From Candidatus Altimarinota bacterium (GTDB lineage Bacteria > Patescibacteriota > Gracilibacteria > CAIRYL01), in assembly GCA_965250085.1 (NCBI GenBank), contig OZ252287.1, positions 64,001 through 128,000 on the forward strand: DNA of 64,000 nucleotides. The letters run 5' to 3'. Positions 38,053 to 48,392 of the stretch are shown piece after piece (the first letter of the stretch is position 1; each line of letters opens with the position of its first letter). Made by a program: the position numbers and the translations under genes. The notes under the pieces are model-generated. The model had not been told where the DNA came from, searched no databases, and was given only the letters and a program-made list of their open reading frames with translations.

Positions 38053-39216
38053 ATGTCTTCAATTATAGGTGTCCTCACAGAAGTAAAGGACAACGAAAAT
38101 CGTATTGCACTCACCCCTGAAGGGGTCGCTCAACTTGTACAAGCAGGCCATAAGGTATTGGTACAACGCCATGCCGGAAAAGGAAGCGGATATCATGACC
38201 ATCAATATATTGATGCAGGAGCTGAAATACAGGCGACGCCAGAAGAGATTGCGAGTGAGGTTGATATTCTGATGAAGGTCAAAGAACCAATAGAAAGCGA
38301 ATATCATCTTTTGGGCCTCCTCAAAGGAAAAACTCTTTTTACGTATCTTCATCTTTCAGGAGTACCCAAATCACTTACCAAAACCTTATTACAGTACAAT
38401 ATCACCGCCATTGCTTATGAAACCGTGGAAGATGCAGATGGAGGATTACCGCTTTTGGTCCCTATGAGTGAAGTGGCAGGGGTACTTGCGGTGCAATATG
38501 GAGCAGAGTATCTCCAGAAAAAATATGGAGGGCGAGCCAAGACACTTGGAGAAATACAAAATGTAAAACAATCAGAAGTAGTTATTTTTGGTGCAGGAAT
38601 AGTCGGAAAAGCTTCGGCCAAAACTGCTGCAGGGATGGGGAGTCATGTTACGCTTTTTGATATCAATGAAGAATCTCTCAAAAGAGCTCGCCAGGAACTC
38701 AAAGCATATCTCGGCTCAAACCTTATACAAAATGTTGTGTTTGCAAAGCCAGATAAAGAGTCTGCAAGTGACGCTATTGCGAGAGCAGATGTTCTGATTA
38801 GTGGGGTACTTGTTCATGGAGCCCATGCCCCTCGGATTGTGAGTAAAGAGCAGGTACATTTGATGAAAGATGGAGCGGTCATCGTAGATGTCTCTATTGA
38901 CCAGGGAGGATCTATTTGGGGAGCCAAGCCAACTACTCATAGCAATCCTATTTATGAACTGGATAGCAAGATTTATTGCTGTGTGACCAATATGCCGGGA
39001 CAAGTAGCCTATCAATCTACGCAGGCTCTCACAGGAGCAACGTTGCCATATATCCTCAAATTGGGAGAAAAAGGCACAGAAAAGGCTTTACAATCTGACA
39101 CAGGATTTCTCAAAGGGCTCAATACCTATAAAGGCTACATCACTTATCAATCAGTAGCAAAAGATCTTAAGATGGTAGGAAAATACATGGATCCCAATAA
39201 AGCACTTACAAAATAA
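38053..39216 (+). CDS. ald: Alanine dehydrogenase
   Basis: EVKDNENRIALTP, KVKEP, YLHL, PMSEVAG, DVSIDQGG, VTNMPG. Confidence 0.95.
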   Translation: MSSIIGVLTEVKDNENRIALTPEGVAQLVQAGHKVLVQRHAGKGSGYHDHQYIDAGAEIQATPEEIASEVDILMKVKEPIESEYHLLGLLKGKTLFTYLHLSGVPKSLTKTLLQYNITAIAYETVEDADGGLPLLVPMSEVAGVLAVQYGAEYLQKKYGGRAKTLGEIQNVKQSEVVIFGAGIVGKASAKTAAGMGSHVTLFDINEESLKRARQELKAYLGSNLIQNVVFAKPDKESASDAIARADVLISGVLVHGAHAPRIVSKEQVHLMKDGAVIVDVSIDQGGSIWGAKPTTHSNPIYELDSKIYCCVTNMPGQVAYQSTQALTGATLPYILKLGEKGTEKALQSDTGFLKGLNTYKGYITYQSVAKDLKMVGKYMDPNKALTK

Positions 39217-39220
39217 AACT

Positions 39221-39745
39221 GTGATAAAACTCTATACAAAAGGAGGCGACAATGGAAATTCGGGATTCATTGGCGAACAGAACATTTCAAAAGATGACCC
39301 TATATTTGAGGTTCTCGGAACAATAGATGAACTCAATTCTCACATTGGACTGAGCCTTGTAGGAATTGAAGGTGACATACGAAAAGAACTCTTGAATTTG
39401 CAAGATATGCTCCTGAGCATAGGGTCTGAAATTGCAGGAGGAGATGGATTTCGAGTGTCCGAAGAGAATATTTTATTCCTTGAAAGCAGAATTGACGTGT
39501 ACCAAAAGGGGACTCGAGCAGACTGGTATACCAAATTTTTATTTCCCGGAGGAACAAAACTTGCTGCACATCTCGATGTATCCAGAGCTGTGAGCAGAAG
39601 ACTAGAACGCAGGATGGTAGCTTTTGTGCGTGAAAACAAAGGATTTGCATTGGTTCTTAAATATTTTAATCGTCTTTCAGACTATTTCTTTGCCCTCAGG
39701 TGTTTTGTCAACTCTGAAGCGGGATATGAGGAAAAAGAGTTTTGA
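39221..39745 (+). CDS. PduO-type ATP:cob(I)alamin adenosyltransferase
   Basis: LYTKGGDNG, GTIDELNS.IG, PGG, RAVSRRLER, NRLSDYFF. Confidence 0.9.
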   Translation: MIKLYTKGGDNGNSGFIGEQNISKDDPIFEVLGTIDELNSHIGLSLVGIEGDIRKELLNLQDMLLSIGSEIAGGDGFRVSEENILFLESRIDVYQKGTRADWYTKFLFPGGTKLAAHLDVSRAVSRRLERRMVAFVRENKGFALVLKYFNRLSDYFFALRCFVNSEAGYEEKEF

Positions 39746-39785
39746 TTTGGAGCATCTAAAAAGGGAGATAAAATTAGAGAAAATA

Positions 39786-39814
39786 TTGACATATTTCCTT
39801 TTTTACTTTATAAT
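39786..39814 (+). promoter_or_regulatory. Consensus sigma70 promoter of the receiver-domain gene
   Basis: TTGACA, 17 nt, TATAAT. Confidence 0.8.
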
Positions 39815-39849
39815 TAAGATCAGTATTTTGGGTTTTTATCTTATGTATT

Positions 39850-40254
39850 ATGAAAGAGAAGGCAATCCTTATAGCTGAAGATACGGATTCTTACAGAGAA
39901 AGTTTTCAAAGACTTGTGAGCATGATGGGTGGTGACACTATTAATGTAATTGCTGTTACTACAGGGCAAGAAGCTATTGATGTAATTGAATCAGATCAAA
40001 AAATAGATGCTGCAGTTATTGATTACGAATATGATGAAGTATCGGGGTACGAGGGAGCAAATGGAGAAAAAGTAGTGGAAATAGCGAATGAAAAGGGGAT
40101 TAATATTATAATCCTCAATACAGGGGTCAGAAGACATAGAGAGGAGCTTGTAAGAAGAATAAGAGACATAGGTGTAGAAATTTCCGATGAACCTCAAAAA
40201 ATGGGTCCTGATGGGATGGAAGAGCTTCTTAGAAGATTAGATATTGAAATATAA
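39850..40254 (+). CDS. Stand-alone response regulator receiver domain
   Basis: ILIAED, VID (phospho-acceptor), ILNTG, QK; no output domain. Confidence 0.75.
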   Translation: MKEKAILIAEDTDSYRESFQRLVSMMGGDTINVIAVTTGQEAIDVIESDQKIDAAVIDYEYDEVSGYEGANGEKVVEIANEKGINIIILNTGVRRHREELVRRIRDIGVEISDEPQKMGPDGMEELLRRLDIEI

Positions 40255-40352
40255 AAAATACCGTTCGTCCAAAGTCTTTTTGACTTGGACGTTTTGAAAT
40301 TATAAGGGTTTCAGTCCAGAATACAAAAACCAATTGAGAACTAACAAGAATT

Positions 40353-40375
40353 AAACCCACCTAGCTTGGGAGGAA
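40353..40375. repeat. Truncated family A unit
   Basis: aaacccacctagc-ttgggaggaa: family A arm with an internal deletion. Confidence 0.55.
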
Positions 40376-41821
40376 CTATTTTTCACAATGTTCACACCTC
40401 TCACCCTCAAAGGTGATTTCTTCGGGGTCGAGCATGTCTCCGCGCTCAGGAATTTCAATGGTCCAATTGTTCCTCATATTTCTCAGTCTCTTGGCAAAGG
40501 CACAGCTTTGTGAAATTTCTCCATGAACAATAAATACATGTGAAATGCGATCAATTGGTTTTATAAAATTCATAAGGTCATTGTAGTCTCCGTGGCCGGA
40601 ATATCCGTTCAGGATTTCTACTTTTGCTCTGAGTTTGTGCATTTCACCAAATATTTTTACAAATGGTCTGCGCTCTACAATGCGTCTTCCCAGAGTGTGT
40701 TCTGCCTGGTATCCCACAATCATGACCGTGTTATTTGGATTTTCTACATTATTTCTTAAATGATGACGAATACGTCCAAATTCACACATACCAGAAGCAG
40801 AAATAACAATTGCTGGACCTTTCAGAGTATTGATGGCTTTAGACTCTTCAACTGATTCGGTATATTTCAAATTTCCAAAACAGCAGAACGGATCAAGTCC
40901 TTTTTCAGTAAACGTCTTTTTGGTGTCTTCATCATAGCATTCTGGATGCTTTTGAAAGACCTTTGTTGCCCTCGTAGCAAGAGGGGAGTCGACGAAAATG
41001 GGAATACGGGGGACCTTGCCTTCTTCATACAGAACATGAAGGTCGTAGACGAGTTCTTGTGTTCGTTCGAGAGAGAATGCCGGAATAATGACTTTTCCGC
41101 CTCGTGCGGCTGTTTCGGTGACAATACGCCCCATCTCTCCACGCATTTCTGAAAAAGGTTCATGCAGTCGATTCCCATAAGTGCTTTCCGTAATGAGATA
41201 ATTACACCAGTCAGGAGATTCTGGATCACGAAGAATTATTTTGTCCACCCTCCCCACATCTCCAGTAAAAACGAGTCGTTTTTGTTCTCCATTTTCTTCA
41301 AATTCCAAGATCGTCACCGCGGATCCCAAAATATGCCCTGCATCGAGAAAGGTACAATAGATCCCAGGAAGCACCTCAAAACGATCATGATAATTCCTTC
41401 CCTGTAAGAGTGGAAAAGAAGATTCTGCGTCTTTTTGAGTGTAGAGGGGCTCTAGAGGGATTGCAGGTTTGTTTTTTGATTTTCTTTGACGAAAAAATTC
41501 AGAATCACGTTCTTGAATATGTGCAGAATCCATAAGCATGACTTGGGTCACATCTTTGGTGGCATGCGTGCAAAAAATATCTCCCCGAAAGCCAAATTTG
41601 ACCAATCGAGGGATATTGCCACAATGATCAATATGGGCATGAGAAAGGATCATGGCATCTACTTTGCTCGGATCAAATCCAAAACGAATATTCTTTTCAT
41701 AACTTTCCTTTCGTCTTCCCTGAAAAAGCCCACAATCCAGGAGAACAAACTTCCCATTGATCTCGAGAAGATGCTTGGAGCCAGTGACTTCATGAGCGGC
41801 TCCGTGAAAATGAATGCGCAT
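40376..41821 (-). CDS. MBL-fold beta-CASP RNA-processing nuclease
   Basis: SHAHIDHCG, AGHILGS, ESTYG, SGHGD, VHGE. Confidence 0.93.
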   Translation of the reverse strand: MRIHFHGAAHEVTGSKHLLEINGKFVLLDCGLFQGRRKESYEKNIRFGFDPSKVDAMILSHAHIDHCGNIPRLVKFGFRGDIFCTHATKDVTQVMLMDSAHIQERDSEFFRQRKSKNKPAIPLEPLYTQKDAESSFPLLQGRNYHDRFEVLPGIYCTFLDAGHILGSAVTILEFEENGEQKRLVFTGDVGRVDKIILRDPESPDWCNYLITESTYGNRLHEPFSEMRGEMGRIVTETAARGGKVIIPAFSLERTQELVYDLHVLYEEGKVPRIPIFVDSPLATRATKVFQKHPECYDEDTKKTFTEKGLDPFCCFGNLKYTESVEESKAINTLKGPAIVISASGMCEFGRIRHHLRNNVENPNNTVMIVGYQAEHTLGRRIVERRPFVKIFGEMHKLRAKVEILNGYSGHGDYNDLMNFIKPIDRISHVFIVHGEISQSCAFAKRLRNMRNNWTIEIPERGDMLDPEEITFEGERCEHCEK

Positions 41822-41957
41822 ATGTATTTGTTTAAATCCCCTCCATTATCTCATAAAACAGACCTTTTCTCAATTTGTATTTTTTGAAAAAATGCATGGA
41901 AGATTACAAATATCTGCTATACTTCCCGCGAATTTTTTTCTTTTCCCAAAAACACAT

Positions 41958-42956
41958 ATGAAGAAGGTTGCGATTAATGGATTTGGTCGTATTGGTCGTA
42001 TAGTTGCTCAGGTTATTTTGGACAAATATTCAGAGACACTGGACTTGGTAGCAGTCAATGATTTGGCGGATAATCAGACGCTGGCACTGCTTTTTCAGTT
42101 TGATTCTACATATGGTCAGTATCACGAAGAAGTAACAGCGACGGATGATTGTATTCAAGTAGGGGATAAGGAGATAAAAGCTTTTGCAGAACGCGAGCCG
42201 GAAAAACTTCCCTGGAAAGAACTCGGGGTCGATATTGTGTTGGAATGCACCGGATTTTTTAGAACTCGTGAGGGGATGCAAAAGCATATAACTGCTGGCG
42301 CCAAAAAAGTGGTTGTTTCTGCTCCTGCAAAAGACGCAATTGATGGAACATTTGTCATAGGGGTGAATGAAGAGATATATGATCCCGAAAATCATCATCT
42401 GATTTCTAATGCATCATGTACGACCAATTGCCTTGCTCCAGTAGCAAAAGCGCTGGATGAGGCATTTGGCATTGAAAAAGGCCTTATGACCACTATTCAT
42501 GCATACACTGGAGGACAAAAACTTCTCGATGCTCCTCATAAGGATATACGCAGAGGGAGGGCGGCTGCGCTCTCCATGGTGCCCACTACTACTGGTGCGG
42601 CAAAAGCGGTGGGAATGGTTCTCCCGCATCTGGAGGGAAAGCTCAATGGAATTTCTATACGAGTACCACTTCCCACTGTTTCTGTAGTGGATTTGACAGT
42701 GAGTGTTTCTAAAAAAACAACGAAAGAAGAAGTAAATGCTCTTTTTCAAAAAGCATCAGAAGGGAAGCTCAAAGGGATCCTTGCACTGGAAACAAGACCA
42801 CTCGTATCTGTTGATTTCAAAAAAGACTGCAGATCATCCATTGTAGATGCCGCCATGACGGATGTTATGGGAGGGGATCTTGTCAAAGTACTCTCTTGGT
42901 ATGATAATGAATGGGGGTATTCCTGTCGCCTCGCAGATTTGGCAGCAATGGCGTAA
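41958..42956 (+). CDS. gap: Glyceraldehyde-3-phosphate dehydrogenase
   Basis: INGFGRIGR, SNASCTTNCLAP, WYDNEWGYS; ATG 41958. Confidence 0.98.
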   Translation: MKKVAINGFGRIGRIVAQVILDKYSETLDLVAVNDLADNQTLALLFQFDSTYGQYHEEVTATDDCIQVGDKEIKAFAEREPEKLPWKELGVDIVLECTGFFRTREGMQKHITAGAKKVVVSAPAKDAIDGTFVIGVNEEIYDPENHHLISNASCTTNCLAPVAKALDEAFGIEKGLMTTIHAYTGGQKLLDAPHKDIRRGRAAALSMVPTTTGAAKAVGMVLPHLEGKLNGISIRVPLPTVSVVDLTVSVSKKTTKEEVNALFQKASEGKLKGILALETRPLVSVDFKKDCRSSIVDAAMTDVMGGDLVKVLSWYDNEWGYSCRLADLAAMA

Positions 42957-42999
42957 TCAATTACGCATTCGACAAACTCGGGGCAAGCGAATTCAGAAA

Positions 43000-44145
43000 C
43001 TACGGATTACGAATGCGAATTGTCGCAAGCGCTTGGCAGCGCATGCCTTCTCCTTTTCCAAAAGAAGAAAGTTTTTCACCAGTATGGACAGTGAGTCCGA
43101 TATTTTCTTCAGCAATATTTAACAGTTTCGCCAGACGCTTTCGTATTTTGGGAAGATGTGATTCCAGTTTTGGCTGAGATCCTTCAAAGGAGAGAGAAAT
43201 GTTTTGAATGCTTCCATTTTTCTCTTTCAATACGTTCAAAACTTCTTTGAGATACTCCGTTGAGTCAGTAATTCCTTGTGCGCACAAAAGGTCAGCGATG
43301 CGAGAAAAAGAAGTTCCTCCAACAGCAGAAAGCAATGCGTTGCACAGTGCATGCAACGCAACATCTCCATCAGAATTTGCTTCAAATCCAGGGCAATTTG
43401 GAATAACAACCCCACCAATCATGCATGTTTTTTGTTCTGAACTGAATTGATGACTGTCTTCTCCGAGTCCCATTCTGAGTTCAGAATCTCTGATGCACTC
43501 TAAAAATTTAAGATCTTCAAGGGTCGTGATTTTTCTATTTTTCCAACTTACTGGAACAATCTTTGGAAGAATACCTTGGACTTCTGCTAATGCTACATCA
43601 TCAGTTGGTATTTTATTCTTCTCCTTCCAAATCTCAAATCCTTTTGTGCAAATATTTGCCTTGAGAGCTTGAGGGGTTTCCATTTTGTACAAAGAATTTC
43701 TCTCGATCACTTCTGATTTTTTTTCACTCATTCTTCGAACAGTAGAAGTTATTTTCTTTCCCACTCCCGCTACACCATTTTGTTGGGCCTTTTTGATCAC
43801 TTCTAGAATTTCCGACGCTGTAATTCCTGGATTGGCAGCGTTATGAAAAAGAATAATGTCATTCTTACTGGATCCAATAGCTGTAAATCCATGGAGTGCA
43901 CTCTCAAATCGTGTTTTCCCTCCCAGAATTATTTTGTGAATTTTTGAAAAGTTCTTTGCGATGACTTCACACTCATCTTTGTTTTCTTTTGAAGCAACGA
44001 GCACTATCTGATCAATTGTATCGTGGTCTTCAAAAGCTCTGAGGCTCCAAAAAAGAACAGGTTTTCCCCAAAGATTGAGAAAAATTTTCTCTTCTCCAAA
44101 CCTCTCGGATCTGCCAGCAGCGAGTACAATAGCAATATTCATCAA
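43000..44145 (-). CDS. ispDF: Bifunctional IspD/IspF
   Basis: LAAGRSERFG..K, HNAANP, ETPQ, TDD, KITT..DL, followed by GEDSHQF, SDGDVALHA, GKGEG. Confidence 0.92.
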   Translation of the reverse strand: MMNIAIVLAAGRSERFGEEKIFLNLWGKPVLFWSLRAFEDHDTIDQIVLVASKENKDECEVIAKNFSKIHKIILGGKTRFESALHGFTAIGSSKNDIILFHNAANPGITASEILEVIKKAQQNGVAGVGKKITSTVRRMSEKKSEVIERNSLYKMETPQALKANICTKGFEIWKEKNKIPTDDVALAEVQGILPKIVPVSWKNRKITTLEDLKFLECIRDSELRMGLGEDSHQFSSEQKTCMIGGVVIPNCPGFEANSDGDVALHALCNALLSAVGGTSFSRIADLLCAQGITDSTEYLKEVLNVLKEKNGSIQNISLSFEGSQPKLESHLPKIRKRLAKLLNIAEENIGLTVHTGEKLSSFGKGEGMRCQALATIRIRNP

Positions 44146-44180
44146 ATACTATTTTTTATGATTTTATGTGATTTCTCAAT

Positions 44181-44556
44181 TTAATTTACATTTCTTATTG
44201 CTTCCAATTCTTGTCTCAAAAAATTTGTAATGAGTTTTTTCGCAAGAGGCCCTTCAGGATTGGTTCTTAATTCTTCAAGTGCTTTTGCTACAGAAAGATT
44301 AGGCATTCCGAGACAAGAGGAAATATATTCCGGCTGCACACCTCTGTACGGAAATAAGTTTGCCCTCTTCGGAGCTGCAATCCTGATCATTCATAGCAGG
44401 AGTAGCAACTGAATGTGGAGGTGATTTTTTTCCTAAAATATCTCCGATAGAAATGGATACAGAACTCAAAACATCTCCAATTTTCTGTAAAAAAGGATGA
44501 GGGGTGGCAAGTATATTTTCTTGCCCATATTGAACTTCAGGACCTTCTCTTACCAC
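44181..44556 (-). pseudogene. Orphan ORF, apparently frameshifted
   Basis: Overlapping ORFs 44299-44556 and 44181-44390 in different frames, behind a TTGAAA-18-TATAAT promoter. Confidence 0.4.
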
Positions 44557-44591
44557 TTTATTTTTGAGAAATGATAATAAAATTATACAAA

Positions 44592-46102
44592 TTAAGCATC
44601 TAATTTTTCAAACGCCTTCTCAAATCGCTGAATAATGTCATCCGGATCCTCAAGCCCTACAGAAAGCCGCAGCATATACGGCGAAATACCTTGTGTCTCT
44701 TCTATCTCTTCAGACGAGAATGCAGAAAATTGATAGTAAGGAGTGAGCATGCTCCAGTTCGTCCCAAAATTTGGACCCTTTGCAATCTCTATAGTATCGT
44801 AAAACGCAGGGGTATTCCCCCGAGGATGACAGAGGAGGAATGAGAGTACTCTTTTTTGTACCGTATCTTTTCTAGATTTTGTATGGAATGTGGGGATATG
44901 CACTCGGTATACCAGGGGATGATTTTCTAAAAATGCATATATTTTTTCTGCGCTTGCATCGATCTGTTGTATTCGTTTGAGAAAAGTCCTTGAGTTTTCT
45001 TCGAGAACTGTCGCATCTTCATACCAGAGCAGATCTTCAAAATTGTGATGAAAGACACGTGCCAACACGTTTAAGAACCGACTTTTGGAACGCATCATTA
45101 ATGCCCCTCCAGTAACATTCCCTTCTCCAGAGAAAAACTTTGAAAGCCCAGAAATGATAACATCTGCAAAAGAAAATGCATTTCGATTTTGAAAAGTTCC
45201 CAGAGTGTCATCGACAATAATGGGAACATTATGTTTTCGAGAGAGCACTTCAAGTCTTTGAAGATTTACTTTTTGTAAAAGCGGATTTCCAGGAACTTCA
45301 AAAAAGATGCCTAACATTTTTTCTTTGGCAAGGAGTTCTTCAATTTTTTCCAAGTCACTTTCATCTCCTTGTTCAAAAAAATAAACACCATTTCCAAATT
45401 CCCTTTGCATTTGCAGGGTGTAATTGGTCGCAAATCCAATGTGAATACTTTTTCGTTCTGGAAATGATATTTGCAGAAACCGATGAATGGTAAAAGTGCT
45501 GACATTCCAGTAGGGAAGAGAACGATGTTTTGAGCCGGTTCTCCAGAAATTTCTGATATACGTGCTTGGAGTAGCTTCTTTGCTTTTCGACCCTCTTCAC
45601 GAGCTTGATCACTGAGAGGTTCTTTATTGAGTGTGCTCTGGGCAAGTCGTGATGAGATTATCTCTCGGGTATACCACCAATATTTTTCTGCTTCTTGTAA
45701 GTACTCTTTTGGAAAACAAACGGCAAAGACATTGTTTTTTCTCATATCGTGAAGAGAAGACTTCTGTTCCAGTTTTTCCTTGAGAAACTCTTGAAATCTT
45801 ATTGCGACCTTTTCAGAAGGGAACACCATGCATTCTTCTTTTTTCTTGGCAAATCGCTTTTTTGCTTCAGCAAATAGCTTTTGTACCGCCGGTTGAAAAC
45901 CATATCCAGGAAAATTATTTTTCAGTTTTTTGATGAGTTTTGGGTCTTTTTGCTTATAGGCAATTACATCTTTCCATGTCGGCAAACACACCGATACCGC
46001 ATGCGGGTCATCAGGAAGAGGGACTCCCAAATCTGACGCTTTGCAGGGTGGAGTGCTGAAAAAAGAATGAGAATAAGGATCCATACCAAAAATCATATGC
46101 AC
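44592..46102 (-). pseudogene. PLP-dependent cystathionine gamma-synthase-like enzyme with a frameshift near 45495
   Basis: N-half HAVSVCLPTW..V..Y...FPTGMSA; C-half EVPGNPLL, VDDT, LSKFFSG, KGPNFG, LRLSVGLE. One extra T in CTTTTACC joins the frames. Confidence 0.8.
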
Positions 46103-46145
46103 CTGAGCATATCATGTTTTTTGCGAAAGAGCGAATAATTTCTTC

Positions 46146-47033
46146 TTACTCCAAACCACAAAACCTCTCCTTCATATATTCTTTTACTTTTTCTCCCAAA
46201 TTTTCGTGTTTCATTGCAAAATCAAGTGTCGCTTTTATAAATCCAAATTTATCTCCCGTATCATATCGAGTCCCCTCAATTTGCTTGGCATAAATCCGAT
46301 CAGATTTCAAATGATGCCGAAATCCATCAATAAGTCGCTGTTCTCCATCATGACTTGTATTTCCAGATTCAATAGCGTCAAAAATTTCTGGAGTACAGAT
46401 GTATTTTCCCACAATCGCTAAATCAGAAGGAGCATCTGCGGGATTTGGTTTTTCTACCATACCGGCCAGTTCAAAGGCATCTTCTAAATTTTCACCATTT
46501 TTTGGATCTACGACCCCATAACTAGAAACGCTTTCTTGTGGGACTTGCTGGACACCAATTATCATTTTTTCTGTCTGGATATACGCATCAATGAGCTGTT
46601 TCGTGGCCGGCACCTCAGAGTCAATCAGATCATCTCCAAAAAGGACCGCGAATGGTTCATCAGGCCCAATGAGTTCTTTGGCACATAAAATGGCATGCCC
46701 ATCACCAAGGGGCATATTTTGACGAACATATACAAACTTCGCGAGGTTTTCTATTTTCTTCACTTCTTTCAAAATTTCAGTTTTTCCTTTGTTTTCCAGA
46801 GTATACTCGAGTTCAAATGAAGTATCAAAATGATCCTCGATGGCGCGCTTCCCTCGTCCGGTCACGATAATAATTTCTTCAATACCCGCGGCGACTGCTT
46901 CTTCTACCAAATATTGAATTACCGGTTTGTCCACTATAGGGAGCATTTCTTTGGGCATTGCTTTGGTCACCGGCAAAAACCTGGTCCCAAATCCAGCGGC
47001 AGGAAAAATAGCTTTTCGAACAGTTTTTAACAT
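46146..47033 (-). CDS. galU: UTP--glucose-1-phosphate uridylyltransferase
   Basis: PAAGFGTRFLPVTKAMPKEMLP, LGDGHA, VEKP. Confidence 0.97.
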   Translation of the reverse strand: MLKTVRKAIFPAAGFGTRFLPVTKAMPKEMLPIVDKPVIQYLVEEAVAAGIEEIIIVTGRGKRAIEDHFDTSFELEYTLENKGKTEILKEVKKIENLAKFVYVRQNMPLGDGHAILCAKELIGPDEPFAVLFGDDLIDSEVPATKQLIDAYIQTEKMIIGVQQVPQESVSSYGVVDPKNGENLEDAFELAGMVEKPNPADAPSDLAIVGKYICTPEIFDAIESGNTSHDGEQRLIDGFRHHLKSDRIYAKQIEGTRYDTGDKFGFIKATLDFAMKHENLGEKVKEYMKERFCGLE

Positions 47034-47118
47034 ATGTTTTTATAATAATTTGTCAAATAATATTAGGAGACATTGGGAGTATATCCCAAAATAAGAAAAA
47101 AAACTTAATTAAATTTTT

Positions 47119-48261
47119 TTAATTTTTATAATATCGACGCAAAAAATCAGCAGTGATCACCATTCCAAGTATGCTTGCAAGCATCACAAACCTCAGTTCA
47201 CCACTGATATATACAAACAAAGCCGCCAGAAGTGATCCAAGTGCACTACCGACGTCCCAGCCGGCTTCCGAAAAATACTGAAACCAGAGCGGACAGTGAG
47301 ATTTTTTTGCAGTGTTGTAATATGCAGAAGTCATAATAGGATAATACAGTGCTGCCCCTGCCATCATAACCATATCAAAGAATATGATAAGTGGGATTGT
47401 GTATGCAAAAAATACACGCCCAATGGTACCGAGCACTATGAAAAAAATTCCAAGGGGATACACTCTCTTACCACTTCCGGTGTCAAATAAGTGTCCAGTG
47501 AGAAACGATCCCATAATCTGAAATAGCACAGCGAGACTCAGGAGTCCTCCAAAGGAGACGTAATCGTCCAAAAAAAGAAAGAGCACAAGTGTCCAAGTAA
47601 AGATGTGAGTGTAGTAAGAAAATCCATCACCCATATAGAGATAAAAACCTTGCTTACTCACGTTCTTCAGAGCATCTGCGACCCCCCTATTCCTCTCTAT
47701 CGTGACTTCGGGTGTACTGAGAAGCGGAAGGGCAGAGAGGAGCATGAATACAGAGGCTATGAAAAATGCTGTCCAAAATCCATACGTATTTATAATAATT
47801 CCTCCAGTGACAGGAGTGAGAAGACCCGCAAGTAAAAGTGCTCCCTCTCGCATTCCAATCTGCTTTCCCCGATGCTCTGTGTCTCCCAAAACTGAGAAAT
47901 AAGTGTGATAGGGAAGCCAATAGAGGATATCAATAATAGCCGAAGCCGCCATAAAGATGTAGAGCCACATGCCCACTCCCTCTATCTTTCCAAGAAAAAG
48001 AAAATACGTACTATACGTCAGAGTTCCCAAAATCACGCTTTTCCTCAGTCCTCTTTGAAAACAAAGACTGAGTGCAAATGGTCTCAGAAGGAGTCTTAAT
48101 ACAAAAATTCCAGCCCACACTACAAATATCATCCAGATCGGGATACCAATCTTGTACATGTAGATACCGCCAAAAATATCTCCGATATTACTCGCAAATA
48201 CCTGCAACCCAAAGTGAAAATTGAGAAGATTGATTGATCGGTTAGAAAAAGCAGTGCGCAT
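47119..48261 (-). CDS. MFS transporter
   Basis: About 12 TM; RGKQIG and P..GG motifs. Confidence 0.8.
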   Translation of the reverse strand: MRTAFSNRSINLLNFHFGLQVFASNIGDIFGGIYMYKIGIPIWMIFVVWAGIFVLRLLLRPFALSLCFQRGLRKSVILGTLTYSTYFLFLGKIEGVGMWLYIFMAASAIIDILYWLPYHTYFSVLGDTEHRGKQIGMREGALLLAGLLTPVTGGIIINTYGFWTAFFIASVFMLLSALPLLSTPEVTIERNRGVADALKNVSKQGFYLYMGDGFSYYTHIFTWTLVLFLFLDDYVSFGGLLSLAVLFQIMGSFLTGHLFDTGSGKRVYPLGIFFIVLGTIGRVFFAYTIPLIIFFDMVMMAGAALYYPIMTSAYYNTAKKSHCPLWFQYFSEAGWDVGSALGSLLAALFVYISGELRFVMLASILGMVITADFLRRYYKN

Positions 48262-48392
48262 AAAGAGAAAAAATGAGGAAGTTTTTTTCTATTCGATCTC
48301 TTGTACAAGATGCTCCGCATTCTGCAATCCAGCGGATATTCGTGCAGAATCCAGCCAATTCATCTTGTAGCCGAGGGTGCGAAAGTGAAATT

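Noticed and set aside
42969-42990. TTCGACAAACTCGGGGCAAG, resembling a further small dispersed repeat type
   Set aside because: Only one copy in the window, so a family cannot be supported.
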